From: Rhizaria sp. SCN 62-66
Taxonomy: Eukaryota
Direction: 5' to 3'
DNA length: 39,338 bases
Assembly: GCA_001724265.1 (NCBI GenBank)
Contig: MEDY01000060.1
Location: 62,001-101,338, forward strand
Shown here piece by piece: positions 35,804 through 39,338 of the stretch. The position numbers were made by a program, and so were the translations under genes. Every line of letters starts with the position of its first letter. Position 1 is the stretch's first letter. Below the pieces are notes generated by a model, which made no database searches, was not told the DNA's origin, and saw nothing but the letters and a program-made list of their open reading frames with translations.

Positions 35804-36691
35804 TTAAACAGCAGCACCCTCCGCCGCCGTATCATCACAAGCTGTTTCCTCACTCGCTGCAGTCTCCGCAGCCTTGCACGCGGCCTCCGCGACAGCAGCT
35901 GCATCCTCCTGTGACAGATCAAAGTCAAGCCGCGCGGTATCAAGATTCTGCAACAGGAGCTCGCTGTTGGGCGTGTCATTCTCATCCCAGCGCGCCTCGC
36001 TGGCCGGCAGCGTCGCGCAGATCCCCGCGGCCCAGTTGCGCCGCGCGCCGCGGCGGCGACACTCGTCCAGCGGACACCGCAGCAGCGTCCGGAGCGCAAA
36101 CCAAGGCGTCACGGCCTCGCGCCAGGGAGACAGCTCCAGCAGCAGGTACAGCCCCTCAACGAGCGCCACACGGCACGCGCGCGCGGGCGGCAGCGCGGCG
36201 GCGCCCGGGGAAGGGTCCTTAAGCGCGTGGTCCCACCCGGGCGCCGCCACGGGGCCCGGCTCGGTGGCGACGGCGTGCAACGTGCGGCAGAGGGCCAGGG
36301 GGTCGAACGTCCAATGCGCGCCGCGGCGTGCGTGCGCAAGTGCGGGGGACGGAAACTAGTCCAGAGTGGACCGGGGCAAGTGGAAACCGTCCATGGGCAG
36401 CACGGTGCACGCCTGGATGGGTGGGGCGTCTGTGGAGGAGTCGGCGGCCGCATTGGCACTCGGCGATGAAGAAGCACGGGCACGGGCGCGTTGGGCGGCA
36501 ACAGCGTTGGCGAGACTGCAGAGGTGGCCGGCAAGAGTCGTCTTGCCGGAGGCACAGGGGCCAACGAGGGCCACAAGCCAACGCTCGCGGCCGGGAGGCA
36601 GGGGCGTCTAGGAGAGCTCGACAATGCGCTCAACGAGCGCCGCTGCCGTCGCAGTCGTCGGTAGCGCGATCACCGCGTCTGAGATAGACAT
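35804..36691 (-). CDS. YFH7/uridine-kinase/phosphoribulokinase-like P-loop NTPase, 295 aa, intronless, with two internal TAG codons (codons 28 and 112)
   Basis: One 888-nt frame from ATG (36691) to TAA (35806-35804): MSISDAVIALPTTATAAALVERIVELS*TPLPPGRERWLVALVGPCASGKTT...VLPMDGFHLPRSTLD*FPSPALAHARRGAHWTFDP...APGWDHALKDP...VALVEGLYLLLELSPW...RWDENDTPNSELL. All motifs typical of this family are present in order. Confidence 0.88.
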
Positions 36692-36996
36692 CTGACTTCT
36701 CGGCGTCTAAGAAAAAAAAAAGTACAAAAATGGGTTACAAAGGAAATTAGCTTGTTCAATGACTTGTAGGGAAAATAGAGGCAAAGATATGGCGACTTCA
36801 TTTCTACTCGGTCCTCGCCTCGGCGTACATGACCCCCCTCATGGAGCAAACCAACCATTGTCTAACTTGATACTCGCGACAGAGTCCGTCAAGAGAGATA
36901 AAAGCTGTGATTCGGAACAGAAACGCTAGTTTTTAACTTGTCTTGTTTATTATACTTCAAGAAGCCTCGCTCTAGTCCCTGTGAGCTTGCAAGACC

Positions 36997-38551
36997 ATGT
37001 CTGACTACGAGGACGATCGCCCTCTGATGACGGGTCTGCAGACGCACCAGGCTTCCTATATGGCCTCCTCGTCCTACGCTGACGTCTCTCCGGCCGAGCA
37101 CACGGAGCAGTCTTTCACCTTGACAATGTCTGCTGGTCGTGGCGTCATGTTCTGCCTGGTCGGCATCTCGGCCAGTTTCCTGCTCGCGCTGGCCTGGGTC
37201 ATGGCCACCGACGCCGCGCATGTCACGCGTACGCACTGTCGCGTCGCAAACTGGCTGCCCTCGTTTTCCGCCGTCATCGGACACTCCTACATTACCGTAC
37301 GTTATTGTACTGTCATCCGCCGACTGCACTTTGTTGCCTGTCCACCTATCATGGACAGCTGACGAACAAATATCTCTTTTTCGCATATCACATGCTCACT
37401 CGCTCTTGAACTCTTTCGTGACATCATTATTGCGTATTACTCTTACGTGGGCATAGTCCGCGCTGTGGCGCACCGGCGTGTGCATTATCTTCACGATCCG
37501 CTGCGCGAGCGCGTTTATCTACCACTACTGGTACGCCCCGCCCTCCGCCGTCTCCGTTTCATCTTTCGCCCCGCAGACCTCGTCCTTCGCCGCGTCGGCC
37601 ACGGCCGATGACCTGTGGGGCGGGCCCTGGCTCTGGCGGCTCTCGCTGCTGCACTCTGCGCTTATTGTGCTGGAGAACGTGTCGCTGCTCGAGCTCACCA
37701 GTATCACTTCGAAGGACTCTGGTTCGACGCACGAGATCTTCTTCATCCTCTTCATCGTCGCCGCAACGACGGGCATGCTGCTGCAGTTCCCGCTGCTCAA
37801 CCGCAAGATCGACACCCTCACCGCGCTCGCAGTCGCGGGTGGCTCCGACCCTGGCGCCCCCGCGCTCAGCCTCAACGCGACCATGGGCAGTCAAGGGACC
37901 GTGGGCGCCACTCAAGGGGGGACTGGGACCGTGAGCGCCGCAGTGGCGGCGGGCGCGGCCGCGACCGTGGCGCGTCTGCAGCGCTCGCGCATGTACAAGT
38001 CCGCCTTTTGCGTGCTGTGGCTGGGGCTGCTGTGCGCTGCGGCGTATCTGTTTCAGCGCCACAACGCGATGTGCGAGCCCGGGATCTACTCGCTGTTCGC
38101 TCTGTCGGAGTACTTCCTCGTCGCGTCAAACATCGCGTTCAATTCGACGCTCGCGATGGACGTGCCCGGGGGCGCGTACACGTTTACGATGCCGCACTAC
38201 AGCCTCGCGCAGTCAGGCGGCGCGCTGTCCGGCTCACAGTCACTCCCGCAGTCGCAGTCTCACTACATGCGGGCCCGGTCTGCGGTGGCTGCGCGCGGCG
38301 GAGGGCGGGCGCTCGTTGGCGCGGCGGCGGCCATCGGTGTCGCCGGCGTCAGCGGTGTCACGGGTACTGGGGCATCCTGGGACGGCGATGGAACCGCTGA
38401 CAGTGACGGCGCTGGCGCTGTGAGTCGCGCTGGACCTGGTGTTGGGGCCGGTGGTGCTGGGGCTGCGTTCGTGGCTGGGGTGGGCGCTGTGGGGGCGGAG
38501 CCCGTGGCACGGGGCGGCTGGCGCGGCGTCGGAGCAAAGGCGGGGATGTGA
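36997..38551 (+). CDS. PGAP2: PGAP2/FRAG1 (Frag1/DRAM/Sfk1 family) post-GPI attachment factor; exons 36997-37296 and 37457-38551; 464 aa
   Basis: THCRVANWLPSFSAVIG|..LWR, ENVSLLELTSITSKDSGSTHEIFFILF and FQRHNAMCEPGIYSLFALSEY are PGAP2 motifs; phase-0 intron; ends in TGA. Confidence 0.88.
37297..37456 (+). other. Intron of PGAP2 (160 nt, phase 0)
   Basis: GTACGT donor, CATAG acceptor; splicing restores the family spacing LPS..SA.IG-x8-WR. Confidence 0.85.
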
Positions 38552-39004
38552 GGAAGCGTGATACAAGTGCGAGAATAGTGAACAGATGACAGTTTGAGTA
38601 CAGTTCATGTCGAGTTAAGATGGCCAAAGATGAAGTGGTTTAAACACGCAATACAGCCATAGAAAGTCGTTGTAGGTTTGTTAAGAAAGTGGTGTCAACA
38701 ATAATGTATTCCTTTTCATACAAATAGTCACGAATCGCGCACCTCGCGTCCGTTAATCAGTCCCTCCGGTCCACGCGTAGTCGCACGCGAACAACACAAT
38801 ACACACAGGATAGTATTTGCGTGTGTAGGCGAGCCCGCATCTGACTTGCGCGCCATTGCGCGGCGTCGTAAGTGGTGGCGTTACATATCCGCCGCGCGCG
38901 TTAGCTGAGCTCGTGTCCGTATTCAGTCATTTGCACTCAGCTGCAGCAGCTCATTTAGTTCGTACACTGTAATGATTCGTTAAAAAGTCATCGGGTGAGT
39001 GCAC

Positions 39005-39338
39005 TTAGAGCTCGAGCTTCTTGGGAGTCTCCCAGGTGAAGTCAGAGTCGGCGCGGCCGAAGTGGGAGTAGCACGCAGTCTTGGAGTAGACAGGGCGGAG
39101 AAGCTGGAGGTCCTTGATGATCATACCAGGGCGCATGTCGAAGTTCTTATTGACGATGGCGAGGAGCTCAGCGTCAGTGCGGCCATCGAGGGCAGAGCCG
39201 TACGAGTCGACGTGGATCGAGATGGGCTTGGCGACACCAATGGCGTACGAGAGCTGGACGAGGACGCGGCGGCAGAGCTTGGCAGCGACGAGGGACTTAG
39301 CGACCCAGCGGGCAGCGTAAGCAGCAGAGCGGTCGACC
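39005..39338 (-). CDS. MAT: S-adenosylmethionine synthetase (canonical MAT/MetK type), 3' part only; the gene continues beyond the window
   Basis: Minus-strand translation [47 protein letters not shown]...[46 protein letters not shown], then TAA at 39007-39005. Not listed in the ORF track. Confidence 0.96.
   Translation of the reverse strand, partial: VDRSAAYAARWVAKSLVAAKLCRRVLVQLSYAIGVAKPISIHVDSYGSALDGRTDAELLAIVNKNFDMRPGMIIKDLQLLRPVYSKTACYSHFGRADSDFTWETPKKLEL

Noticed and set aside
35804-36691. Reading the kinase gene (and DNAAF4) as pseudogenes
   Set aside because: All catalytic motifs, the start, the stop and the frame are intact. The only lesions are TAG in two unrelated genes, and no gene in the window ends in TAG. 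Not formally excluded, but less parsimonious.
37454-37456. TAG in frame just before PGAP2 exon 2 as a fourth reassigned codon
   Set aside because: It is the 3' splice acceptor (CATAG); splicing there restores the expected family spacing.
1-39338. Transposons, CRISPR arrays or prokaryotic operons; pyrrolysine as the meaning of TAG
   Set aside because: No transposase or reverse-transcriptase motifs, terminal repeats or spaced direct repeats are visible. The DNA is spliceosomal-intron-bearing eukaryotic sequence, no pyl genes are present in the window, and pyrrolysine is not known in eukaryotes.

Overview
Gene-dense nuclear DNA from a eukaryote, probably a flagellated protist because it encodes a DNAAF4-like dynein assembly factor. 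Exons are very GC-rich, and the short GT-AG introns (125-203 nt) and intergenic spacers are AT-richer. Ten protein-coding genes can be reconstructed: DNAAF4/DYX1C1-like CS+TPR protein, C2H2 zinc-finger protein, ZIP metal transporter, a low-complexity orphan, papain-family cysteine protease, ECM29, a DUSP12/Yvh1-type zinc-domain protein, a YFH7/uridine-kinase-like P-loop protein, PGAP2, and the 3' end of S-adenosylmethionine synthetase. The main discovery is a likely non-standard nuclear genetic code. Three in-frame TAG codons sit inside otherwise intact conserved reading frames (724-726 on +; 36608-36610 and 36356-36358 on -), while all ten genes end in TAA (7) or TGA (3) and none in TAG. This points to UAG being a sense codon (Gln most plausible, Leu possible) while UAA remains a stop, a rare decoupling. 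Family assignments come from motifs I recognise, not from database searches.
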